64,000 nt of DNA from contig JBGAHS010000010.1 in the NCBI GenBank assembly GCA_044226015.1, forward strand, positions 32,001 to 96,000, written 5' to 3'. Below are positions 49,970 through 58,455 of this stretch, one piece after another. This DNA is from Candidatus Obscuribacteraceae bacterium (GTDB lineage: Bacteria > Cyanobacteriota > Vampirovibrionia > Obscuribacterales > Obscuribacteraceae). Below the pieces are notes generated by a model that did not search any database, was not told the origin of the DNA, and was given only the letters and a program-made list of their open reading frames with translations. Position numbers and translations under genes: made by a program. Each line of letters opens with the position of its first letter. Position 1 is the stretch's first letter.

Positions 49970-51190
49970 ATGAAAACGGATCTTCCGAAAGTATCGATAA
50001 AGAAAGGGCGAGAGTGGCACGTCTCGCGCGGTCACCCCTGGCTATTTTCGGGTGGTATCTCGCAGGCTCCGAAGAAAGTCGAAGCCGGCGATCTGGTGAC
50101 GCTGCTTGACTATGAGGGAAGATTTGTTGCCAACGGATATTTCAATGCGAATTGCGATATAGCAGTCCGTGTGATGAGTCGCGATCCTTCCGAGAAAATT
50201 GATACCGATTATTTTGTTTCTGTAATTAAGTCAGCCTGGCAACTGAGACAGCGTTGTTTTGATTTTTCTCTAACTAACGTGTTTCGTTTGATCAACGCCG
50301 AAGGCGATATGCTGCCTGGTTTTATCGTAGATTATTATGCGGGAATCTTTGTCGTGCAGTGCCATACGGCTGGTGCCGATAAGCTCCTACCATTTTTGAT
50401 TGAAGGTATAGAAAAGACAATCGCTCCAACTGCAATAGTTGTCCGTAATGATGTATCCGCACGTTTGCGCGAAGGGCTTGTGCTAGAGGAACCTCGGGTA
50501 GTCTCAGGGAATTTGCCTCATGAAATTCTAGTGAAGGAAAACGGCCATGTTTTCAATGTAGATATGATCCATGGACAGAAGACGGGATACTTCACTGATC
50601 AGCGAGACAAAAGGCTGGCGTTGGCTGCTTATTCCAAAGGGCTTCCTGACGGATCAAAATTCCTGAACTGTTTCAGTTACACTTGTAGCTTCTCGATTTA
50701 TGTCTCATCTACAAATCAGCGAATCAAGACTGTTAACGTAGATCAATCTGCGTTTGCGTTAGAGCAGGGCAAAAGGAATTTTCAACTCAATTCTCTAACG
50801 ACAGAAAATCATGAATTCATTGAAAACGATGCCTTCGCTTTTCTCGATAGGCAGGCGTCTCTCAATGAGCGGTACGAGATGGTGCTTCTTGATCCGCCAG
50901 CGTTTGCCAAAACTAACAAAGACAAACAAAAGGCCTTGAAGGGTTATGCTAGATTGAATGGAATGGGACTTCGCTTAACAAAGCCGGGCGGAATTCTGGC
51001 ACTTTGTTCTTGTAGTGGAGCTGTCAGCATGTCAGAGTTTTTGGATTGCGTGCGAGATTCTGTGGGTGCGTCAGGCCGGGCCACACAGATTCTGGAGACA
51101 TTCCAACACGGACTAGATCATCCAATCAACATGATGGCACCGGAGTGTGCCTACTTAAAGGTCGTATTCATCCGCGTTTTGGATGGTTGA
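49970..51190 (+). CDS. RlmI/RlmK-like class I SAM-dependent rRNA methyltransferase
   Basis: GHPWLFSG (PUA-like), FRLINAEGD, GQKTGYFTDQR, LNCFSYT, LDPPAF, YLK. Confidence 0.9.
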   Translation: MKTDLPKVSIKKGREWHVSRGHPWLFSGGISQAPKKVEAGDLVTLLDYEGRFVANGYFNANCDIAVRVMSRDPSEKIDTDYFVSVIKSAWQLRQRCFDFSLTNVFRLINAEGDMLPGFIVDYYAGIFVVQCHTAGADKLLPFLIEGIEKTIAPTAIVVRNDVSARLREGLVLEEPRVVSGNLPHEILVKENGHVFNVDMIHGQKTGYFTDQRDKRLALAAYSKGLPDGSKFLNCFSYTCSFSIYVSSTNQRIKTVNVDQSAFALEQGKRNFQLNSLTTENHEFIENDAFAFLDRQASLNERYEMVLLDPPAFAKTNKDKQKALKGYARLNGMGLRLTKPGGILALCSCSGAVSMSEFLDCVRDSVGASGRATQILETFQHGLDHPINMMAPECAYLKVVFIRVLDG

Positions 51191-51322
51191 ATAATCCTGT
51201 TTGTAGTTCGAACTTTGTCAACGCTTCGGACTTTTTGCCCGGGGCGTTTTTGCTGGAACCGTAATGCTCGTTGAACGTCTCAAAAGCCAATCGAACATTG
51301 AGATCAAGAAGGAGTTCTGAGA

Positions 51323-51541
51323 ATGAACACAACATACAGCATGGTGGAAAATCCGGAGACTGGAGCTCTTGAGCCGGTCTCAGTTTGGCAAAGAAAATCG
51401 TTTCAACGGCTGGCGCTGAGCGCTATAGGCTTTGGTTTGGTCGCATCGCTTTGTGGTGCCTTTATTCTTAAAGCTGATGTTGACGATTTACAGAAGAACA
51501 AACTTTCTGTCATCGAAAGCAAAGTAGACCAACTCAAATAG
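51323..51541 (+). CDS. Small single-pass membrane protein
   Basis: AAGGAG RBS; one hydrophobic helix. Confidence 0.6.
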   Translation: MNTTYSMVENPETGALEPVSVWQRKSFQRLALSAIGFGLVASLCGAFILKADVDDLQKNKLSVIESKVDQLK

Positions 51542-51600
51542 TTGAAGGCTAGTTGAGTCTGGTGATTTGTAATAGTGTGCCCCTCCCGATAAAAAATGGG

Positions 51601-51644
51601 AACCGCTATCGGTTCACGTCAGATTCCGTGAACCGATAGCGGTT
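51601..51644. terminator. Perfect 18-bp inverted repeat made of REP-like halves; probable bidirectional terminator
   Basis: AACCGCTATCGGTTCACG-tcagattc-CGTGAACCGATAGCGGTT between convergent genes. Confidence 0.65.
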
Positions 51645-51721
51645 TATATTTTGAGCAGTGAAGCACAAAATTCGAGCCTCTCAACGAAGCTCGATTCAAA
51701 ATATATCTCTTCTAAGTTCTA

Positions 51722-53305
51722 TTACCGCAGAGTCGGAACATTCACATAATGTGGTGAAATGTATTTGGAACTCAGTTGGGAACCTGTTCCGTCACGACAA
51801 GCGAAACTCCTTAATATTTCATCCGCAGATATTTCTGTCTGGTTGGCAATCCAATAATGCCCCAGATAAGGTTGCAGATACTTGCGGCTTATTCTCTTCC
51901 AAACAGTTTTTACTGTATTTTTAAAGTCTTCCGAAATTGCAGTTGGGAAATGTGCCAAATTGTCTATCGGTGTTTTGCACTTACGATACAAGAGTCCAGG
52001 CGCCGATTCGATGAGTCCTTCAAACTCCAACATTCCCAGCGTAAATAGAAGTTCGGATAGGTCTAGTCTCGTTGCATTCAATAGACCCTCTACGTTGGTG
52101 TAATTTCCAATCGACAGAGTTTTGAGAATCAGCTGGCGAATAGCTAATAGTTGCGTCTGAGAATCAGACAGCTCGTTGCAGAAGGTTGACTCATATGGTT
52201 CGCCACTTGGTGCTGCCGTTGACTTTTCAAATTCTTCTGCACCATTTTGTTCACCGTCAGCTTTGTCACTTGGCGTGAAATCAATCCGAAGCGTTTCCTC
52301 TTTGTCCGCATTTTCTTCGGCGCTACGATAATCTGTGTTAATCGAAGCATCGCTTTTGGATTCATCTTGGCTTTGGCTTCTGCCATACAGAGGTTCTTCC
52401 TTGTGCACAACCTGAGCTTTCGTTTCCAATTTTTGTGAGTCGAGTGAATTCTGTTTCAGAGGGGCTTCGATTTGAACTGGGTTGTTATCCATTAGCTCAT
52501 CATCGAAAGATTCAATTTCAATTTTGCCATTGAAATCATTTTCAACACCGTTGACTAAACTATCAACCCCATCGTTGACTAAACCATCAACTCCACCGTT
52601 GACTAAACTATCAACCCCATCGTTGACTAAACCATCAACTCCACCGCTGACTAAACCATCAACTCCACCCCTGACTGCCCTATCAATCTCGCCGTTGAAT
52701 TCACTGCCTATTTGGTCAAGCATGTCTTTTTCTTCCTCTTCAATAATGCTCTTTAGGTCGTTGAAGAATTCCTGATTTATCTGTAGATTGCTCGCTTCAA
52801 AAAGCTCGATAATCTTGTCTATTTCGAATTGCTCTGCACGTGGATGCTCTCGTGCTGGTGTCTCTGTACTCCTTCGTCCAAAGATTTCTGTGAATACACC
52901 AGAATACAGTTCTTTGATAGGCGTCATAAGCTCAGCAAACTTGATAGATATTTTTCTCCGCACATTTGCAGCAGTTGCTGGAGCAACAGAAAAACGCCTT
53001 GCAAGTTCTGCCGCCGAAAAAACTGCTTGTCTGAGTGAGATCCACAATGCAGCAAGCCAGGGTTTGAATTTGCGGATTCCATGAAAGGTGGTCTGCGCAA
53101 AAACTCTAACTTTTCTCAGGCATAATTGACATCGAAAGAAGTTTGGATCTTCTGATCGCTGATAACATGCTACTCCGCACTTTCTGCAAGGTGGAAGCGT
53201 CGAACCACAAATGTCTCCTAAGAAGATCTTGCAAGTTAGATCGTCAGGAAATTGAATGTCGAATTCATCCGCTAATTCAAGAAAGTGATCATTGTTGCTT
53301 GTCAT
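51722..53305 (-). CDS. IS1595-transposase-derived protein (Zn ribbon, HTH, acidic linker, winged helix) with no recognisable DDE core
   Basis: CRKC...FRCQLC, TTFHG, SAAELARRFSV..ATA...RRKI, C-terminal ISRKYLQPYL. Confidence 0.65.
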   Translation of the reverse strand: MTSNNDHFLELADEFDIQFPDDLTCKIFLGDICGSTLPPCRKCGVACYQRSEDPNFFRCQLCLRKVRVFAQTTFHGIRKFKPWLAALWISLRQAVFSAAELARRFSVAPATAANVRRKISIKFAELMTPIKELYSGVFTEIFGRRSTETPAREHPRAEQFEIDKIIELFEASNLQINQEFFNDLKSIIEEEEKDMLDQIGSEFNGEIDRAVRGGVDGLVSGGVDGLVNDGVDSLVNGGVDGLVNDGVDSLVNGVENDFNGKIEIESFDDELMDNNPVQIEAPLKQNSLDSQKLETKAQVVHKEEPLYGRSQSQDESKSDASINTDYRSAEENADKEETLRIDFTPSDKADGEQNGAEEFEKSTAAPSGEPYESTFCNELSDSQTQLLAIRQLILKTLSIGNYTNVEGLLNATRLDLSELLFTLGMLEFEGLIESAPGLLYRKCKTPIDNLAHFPTAISEDFKNTVKTVWKRISRKYLQPYLGHYWIANQTEISADEILRSFACRDGTGSQLSSKYISPHYVNVPTLR

Positions 53306-53565
53306 ATAGCTGTCCTCTGAGCTCAGTAATTTTAGAAACGTAATTACTTCGAAAAAAGTTCAATTTGTGAGCATTAAAAATTCAAAGAACAGAAATCTCA
53401 CTTACTGAAAATTCCATTCCAAAAAAAGTGTGAACCGGAACAAGAATGATGCATCAAAAGAAGTCACCATGAGCTTCACGCCACGAATGGAAGTGCCTGC
53501 GAACCCTGAGCTGCGCGTCTTATTTAAGGGAGCGGGGGCATTTTCGCTTTCGGCGGTAGAAGATT

Positions 53566-53703
53566 CAAGGCGAGCATGCCGGAAGAGAGAGAAACTCATC
53601 ACCGCTCCAAGGCGAGCATGCCGGAAGAGAGAGAAACTCATCACCGCTCCAAGGCGAGCATGCTGGGAGAGAGAAAGACTGATATCCGCTCCACGAGCAT
53701 GCT
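53566..53703. repeat. Tandem repeat, 42-bp unit, about 3 copies
   Basis: CAAGGCGAGCATGCCGGAAGAGAGAGAAACTCATCACCGCTC. Confidence 0.85.
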
Positions 53704-53766
53704 CTGGAAGCTAGAGCGACTTTCATTCAGTAAGCTCTCTAGTCTAGTTCGTTGGCACTTCGCTAG

Positions 53767-54594
53767 CTACCCTCGCAATTCCATCGTGTTTCCTGATTCG
53801 TACTTATTCAGTCCAAAATAGAAAACCGCGGAGCCGATAGTTAGCATCAACAATGATCCTGCAAAACTGCAGCCTGTTAGCAAAAGCGAATGGTGTTTCA
53901 ATGCTTCAACCGGCAAAAAGCTGCAGAATCCTGCTGGAACCAGAGTATATAGCAGCAACTTCGTTCCGTCATTGAATACCGAAGGCGGATAAGTGCTGAA
54001 CGTAATCAGAGCGAAGCGCAACTGTTCGCTGAGTCCTTCAGAATTGCCAACGAAGAATCCCAAGCTTCCTACAAGCACTCCGAAGCCAACGAAGAGAATC
54101 GCAACGCTGATGCAAAGCAAGAGAAACATCATGAAACTCTCTATCGATGGATGAACAAGCAGAACATAGGCACCTATGCCAAAGACAACGTCACCCCAAG
54201 AAGTAACGTGCATTTTTCCTACGAGCAGATGAGGCAGAATTGATCGAGGATAGAGCATCCATGTATCCAGCTGACCTTTAATGATTACTGTGGAAAGAGA
54301 TATGGCATTACCCGCGATACCGTGAGCAATTCCAAATCCTGCTGCCACGACTGCCCACATCGTAACGACATCGCTGGAATTCCAGGAATCAAGCACTGCG
54401 AAACGTTCGAAAAAGTATAGCCAGAAAATGAGCCAGAAGCTATCATTTATGATCATTGCAAGCACCTGGCTTATAAAAGCCGACCGATATTCAAGTTGTG
54501 ATTTGAAATTGAAATGAATGTATGCTCTGGCCAGACTCAGATAACTCAAAAGCTTGTCTACATCTTTGTTGGATTTGAAATTTAGCGAATTCAT
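53767..54594 (-). CDS. ABC-2 type exporter permease
   Basis: EYRSAFI, IIKGQLDTWMLYPR, YPPSVF, YESG; GGAGGTGA RBS. Confidence 0.9.
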   Translation of the reverse strand: MNSLNFKSNKDVDKLLSYLSLARAYIHFNFKSQLEYRSAFISQVLAMIINDSFWLIFWLYFFERFAVLDSWNSSDVVTMWAVVAAGFGIAHGIAGNAISLSTVIIKGQLDTWMLYPRSILPHLLVGKMHVTSWGDVVFGIGAYVLLVHPSIESFMMFLLLCISVAILFVGFGVLVGSLGFFVGNSEGLSEQLRFALITFSTYPPSVFNDGTKLLLYTLVPAGFCSFLPVEALKHHSLLLTGCSFAGSLLMLTIGSAVFYFGLNKYESGNTMELRG

Positions 54595-54606
54595 TTTACT
54601 CACCTC

Positions 54607-55404
54607 CTATCCGCCATTTACAAACACACGTCTGTTTGCGAACCTGTAGACGAAGCAAACCAGAAGCGACAGAACTACAAGTCCGAACAGCTGTTTACTT
54701 ACGATTGCCACGAATTCCGCTGATGCGGGTGCAACAAAAAGTTTCGCAGGTCCATAGGTGATCGCGGAGAACGGCAGCCATTCGACGATTTTCCGGAAGA
54801 TCTCTGGGAAGAGTGAAATTGGAAATAACATTCCGCCAAGGATCATGCTCAACCTTGAGTAGATCAGGAAGATCCCGCTCGTATCCTCAAGCCAGAATGC
54901 ACCTAGTCCAATCAAAAAACAAGCCAGAAAGTCTACAACAAAAGCAAGTGGGACTGACAAGCCGAAGAGCAGTAGACCGCTTAATGAAAGTGTTGGAAAA
55001 CCAACCAGGCAGAATGCTATAAGAGATCCAACTGTAAGATTGACAGAGAATCTCACAAGTCTCTCTCCCATGTTGTTAGCCAGGCAGTATAGGGGATATG
55101 AGAGCGGACGTTGGAGGTAGCTTATGAGTGCACCACTTCGCACGTCGAGATCAACATTCGCCGAAACGCGTGGTGCTGAAAGCTGTATTGCTTCGGTGAC
55201 CGTCAAGTACCAGATCATCTGTTCTAAGCTCAAACCTGCCAACTGCGAGCTTGCGGCGTGGATGTAAACTTGTTTCCAGAGTTGCGAAAAAATGTAGAGT
55301 ATGATTCCGAGAAAGACAACTCGGCTCATGACCTCGGTCATATAGGCGAGATTATTTCGCGCACTCAAGTAGACCACGAACAGATATTTTTTTAGCTTCC
55401 TCAT
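54607..55404 (-). CDS. ABC-2 type exporter permease
   Basis: DVRSGALISYLQRP, GGMLFPISLFP, terminal VNGG; GGAGGTGA RBS. Confidence 0.9.
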   Translation of the reverse strand: MRKLKKYLFVVYLSARNNLAYMTEVMSRVVFLGIILYIFSQLWKQVYIHAASSQLAGLSLEQMIWYLTVTEAIQLSAPRVSANVDLDVRSGALISYLQRPLSYPLYCLANNMGERLVRFSVNLTVGSLIAFCLVGFPTLSLSGLLLFGLSVPLAFVVDFLACFLIGLGAFWLEDTSGIFLIYSRLSMILGGMLFPISLFPEIFRKIVEWLPFSAITYGPAKLFVAPASAEFVAIVSKQLFGLVVLSLLVCFVYRFANRRVFVNGG

Positions 55405-55500
55405 TTTGATCACCTCCAGTTAAGTGCACCGCTCATGGTGCTCATTGATTTGTCTGTTAGCTCTTATCTACGCGGAGTATCCTGATTTCTTGAGCATATT

Positions 55501-55633
55501 TGTGTGGATCCGGTGTGTGTGGATCCGGTGTGTGTGGATCCGGTGTGTGTGGATCCGGTGTGTGTGGATCCGGTGTGTGTGGATCCGGTGTGTGTGGATC
55601 CGGTGTGTGTGTGGATCCGGTGTGTGTGGATCC
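55501..55633. repeat. Tandem repeat, 15-bp unit TGTGTGGATCCGGTG, about 9 copies, inside the ABC operon
   Basis: Direct reading. Confidence 0.92.
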
Positions 55634-55699
55634 GATTGGTCTTCGGAAAACTCGGATTTTGTAGGATCCGAATTCTCCTGTAAGACTCTCGTTGCGTTT

Positions 55700-56677
55700 T
55701 CATGAAGCCAGATTTGTAGAATCTGATTTCTCTTGAGAATAGATGTGAGCTATCACGTCTTCTAACGGAGGGTCATCGATGCTTATGTCTGCAACTTCAC
55801 CTTGTTTGAGCATGAGCCCAACAAGGTCGGCCACAGGCAGTTTGCGGGTATCAACCTCATATCTTTGCTTATTTGTGAAAGAATCTAATAAGCGCAGACC
55901 TTCAAGCTCCAGTGTCGGCTGAGCCTCGTGAAAAACGACACAAAGGACTCGGCTGCTGAGATATTCCTTTCGGACGTTCTCGACCGAATCGTCCAGCACG
56001 AGCTGACCATGGTTGATCACCACTACTCTTTCGGAAACGGCTTCGATATCGCCTGCATCGTGGCTAGTCAAAAACACAGTTAGTCCTTCTTCTCTGTGCC
56101 ATTGACGGATGATTTGTCTCAGTTCTTGTCGTGCCACCACATCGAGTCCGATGCTTGGCTCGTCAAGAAAAAGCAACTCAGGCTTGTGCAATAGACTAGC
56201 AGCTATTTCCGCTCTCATGCGTTGACCTAGTGACAGTTTCCTTACTGGTACATCGAAAAATTCTCCGATAGATAATCGCTCAACCAGCTCATCTCGGCGC
56301 TTCTGGTAGTCGACCTTTGGTATCTCATATACATGTGCCAACAGATCGAAGCTATCCCTGGCGGGCAGGTGATACCAAAGTTGAGAACGCTGTCCAAAAA
56401 CAGAGCCAATTTTATGAGCGAGCTTTTGACGCTGTTCCCATGGTCTAAGCCCGAGAACGCTCGCCTCCCCTGAAGAAGGGCGAAGGACGCCAGTCAGCAT
56501 TTTTATCATGGTTGATTTGCCGGCACCATTAGGTCCAATCAGTGCAAGCGATTGTCCGGTTGGAACGGAAAGCGACACTTCATCGACAGCGATTACTTCT
56601 TTCTTTGTGCGACGAAATCCACTGCCAAGCTTTAACTCAAAGACTTTTCTAAGTTTATTTACTACCACGGCGTTCAC
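55700..56677 (-). CDS. ABC-2 type exporter ATP-binding protein
   Basis: GPNGAGKST, LSLGQRMR, LFLDEP, TSHD; AAGGAGGTGA RBS before GTG 56677. Confidence 0.93.
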   Translation of the reverse strand: MNAVVVNKLRKVFELKLGSGFRRTKKEVIAVDEVSLSVPTGQSLALIGPNGAGKSTMIKMLTGVLRPSSGEASVLGLRPWEQRQKLAHKIGSVFGQRSQLWYHLPARDSFDLLAHVYEIPKVDYQKRRDELVERLSIGEFFDVPVRKLSLGQRMRAEIAASLLHKPELLFLDEPSIGLDVVARQELRQIIRQWHREEGLTVFLTSHDAGDIEAVSERVVVINHGQLVLDDSVENVRKEYLSSRVLCVVFHEAQPTLELEGLRLLDSFTNKQRYEVDTRKLPVADLVGLMLKQGEVADISIDDPPLEDVIAHIYSQEKSDSTNLAS

Positions 56678-56702
56678 GGTTTTCACCTCCTTATTTATTC
56701 TG

Positions 56703-56738
56703 AAAAAATTGAGCTCCCCTTTTTATTTGGGAGCTCAA
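56703..56738 (-). terminator. Attenuator terminator in the ABC operon leader
   Basis: Minus strand TTGAGCTCCC-10 nt-GGGAGCTCAA-TTTTTT, about 25 bp upstream of the ATPase start. Confidence 0.8.
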
Positions 56739-56769
56739 CACTGTTTGCAAAAATGATTCCTGTATCTAT

Positions 56770-56868
56770 CTAAAGATCGGTTCTTTCCAAGCATGTTGAG
56801 CCACCAGTCTCTGGCGCTGTCGCGAAGACCATTTCAATAAGGCAGTAGCTCTGTGTTTCTTTTCGCAT
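56770..56868 (-). CDS. Putative 32-aa leader peptide MRKETQSYCLIEMVFATAPETGGSTCLERTDL
   Basis: ATG at 56868, TAG at 56770-56772; lies between promoter and terminator; overlaps the antiterminator arm. Confidence 0.6.
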   Translation of the reverse strand: MRKETQSYCLIEMVFATAPETGGSTCLERTDL

Positions 56869-56874
56869 ATCTCC

Positions 56875-56902
56875 ATTTTGCAGATATTAGACGAAGTGTC
56901 AA
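56875..56902 (-). promoter_or_regulatory. Sigma70-type promoter of the ABC operon leader
   Basis: Minus strand TTGACA, 16-bp spacer, CAAAAT. Confidence 0.55.
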
Positions 56903-57036
56903 TTGAAAATTCTCTTCTGCAACGATTTCGGTTACGGAAATTTCACGAAATGAGTTTAGTTTGGGATCGGGGCTGTATTTCTTTTGTTCGGGTTGTAATT
57001 CATTTCACCACACAGGTTGAACCCGAAGAGGACTTC

Positions 57037-57933
57037 ATGTCAGACAGAGCCGATCCAACGCCAGAAATTAAAGAGCCACAATCGCAGGTCCCAGCACTTG
57101 TTGATCTTGACCAGATGCGGGATTACTTAAGCAGTCAGGCATCGAGCGTAGGCAGTTTGAGCGCAAGAGGAGATTCCTCATCGTCCATTAGCTTTCCTCC
57201 AATTGGGGATGTCGCAAAAGATTCACGGGCATCTCGAGAGCTTGGTGCCATTTCCGATGATGTGAGCAAGTCGCGTGCGCCGGGAGAATCTAAACCGAAG
57301 CTTGCTTTGGCTCCGGGCGGTGAGCTTCTTGTGCCTCCTCTCGAGTTTGCGGCTGCAGGTGCAAGGGCTGCCGCTGAGGCAAAAGATAAGACTGATACGA
57401 ATGATAAGACTACAGATAAGCCACTAGACGTTTCAAAAGATGGCAAGATTGAGATTGGGGAAAAAGACTTTGAGCGAATCGGACCACGTGCCGCAAAGGT
57501 TCTTCGTGATGCTGGAGTTGAAAAAATTACGATTACTAAAGGTAAAGATGGTGATACCTACGAAGCTACACTGAAGAAGCCGCTTGAGATTCCGCAGGAT
57601 CCAGATGTGGATGGCTGCCGTAAACTTAAGATTGGCACTTCATTCAAGGCGGATGTTAAAAAGGGCGATGATGGTTCGTTCACTTTGAGTAATATTGAAG
57701 GACTTAAAGCTGAGTCGAAGATTCTCTTTAAGTGGCAGGACGCCAATGTTAACAAGATTCATCTGAATCAGACTCCGGACGGGAAGAGCGAAATTACATC
57801 CACTGGGTCGTGGAAGAGTTTTAGCAGAGAAAATAGCCGCGTCAAAGAGGGCGAGGTGTTTAAAACCGCCGAACTCTTATTTGGTCGTATGAAAGATATG
57901 ACGGATGCCGCAATTAAAGCTGCCGGAAAATAA
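57037..57933 (+). CDS. Hypothetical protein
   Basis: GAGG RBS before ATG 57037; low-complexity N-terminus, beta-rich C-terminus. Confidence 0.7.
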   Translation: MSDRADPTPEIKEPQSQVPALVDLDQMRDYLSSQASSVGSLSARGDSSSSISFPPIGDVAKDSRASRELGAISDDVSKSRAPGESKPKLALAPGGELLVPPLEFAAAGARAAAEAKDKTDTNDKTTDKPLDVSKDGKIEIGEKDFERIGPRAAKVLRDAGVEKITITKGKDGDTYEATLKKPLEIPQDPDVDGCRKLKIGTSFKADVKKGDDGSFTLSNIEGLKAESKILFKWQDANVNKIHLNQTPDGKSEITSTGSWKSFSRENSRVKEGEVFKTAELLFGRMKDMTDAAIKAAGK

Positions 57934-57950
57934 GCTCTGTTTGCTAATCT

Positions 57951-58452
57951 GCTGACGGAACGTTGGGAAGAAGAAAAACGCGAAGCGATAGCTGTTCGCG
58001 AAATTTGCTGGCGGAACGTTGGGAAGAAGAAAAACGCGAAGCGATAGCTGTTCGCGAAATTTGCCGGCGGAACGTTGGGAAGAAGAAAAACGCGAAGCGA
58101 TAGCTGTTCGCGAAATTTGCCGACGGAACGTTGGAAAGAAGAAAAACGCGAAGCGATAGCTGTTCGCGAAATTTGCCGACGGAACGTTGGAAAGAAGAAA
58201 AACGCGAAGCGATAGCTGTTCGCGAAATTTGCCGGCGGAACGTTGAGAAGAAGAAAAACGCGAAGCGATATCTGTTCGCGAAATTTGCCGGCGGAACGTT
58301 GGGAAGAAGAAAAACGCGAAGCGATAGCTGTTCGCGAAATTTGCCGGCTGAAATTTTGGGAAGAAGAAAAACGCGAAGCGATAGCTGTTCGCGAAATTTG
58401 CCGGCTGAAATTTTGGAAGAAGAAAAACGTGAAGCGATAGCCGTTCGCGAAA
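57951..58452 (+). repeat. Tandem array, about 56-bp unit with REP-like core, 9 copies
   Basis: GGAACGTTGGGAAGAAGAAAAACGCGAAGCGATAGCTGTTCGCGAAATTTGCCGGC. Confidence 0.95.
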
Positions 58453-58455
58453 CGC

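Noticed and set aside
51722..53305. Active IS1595 element
   Set aside because: No recognisable DDE triad, terminal inverted repeats or target duplication.
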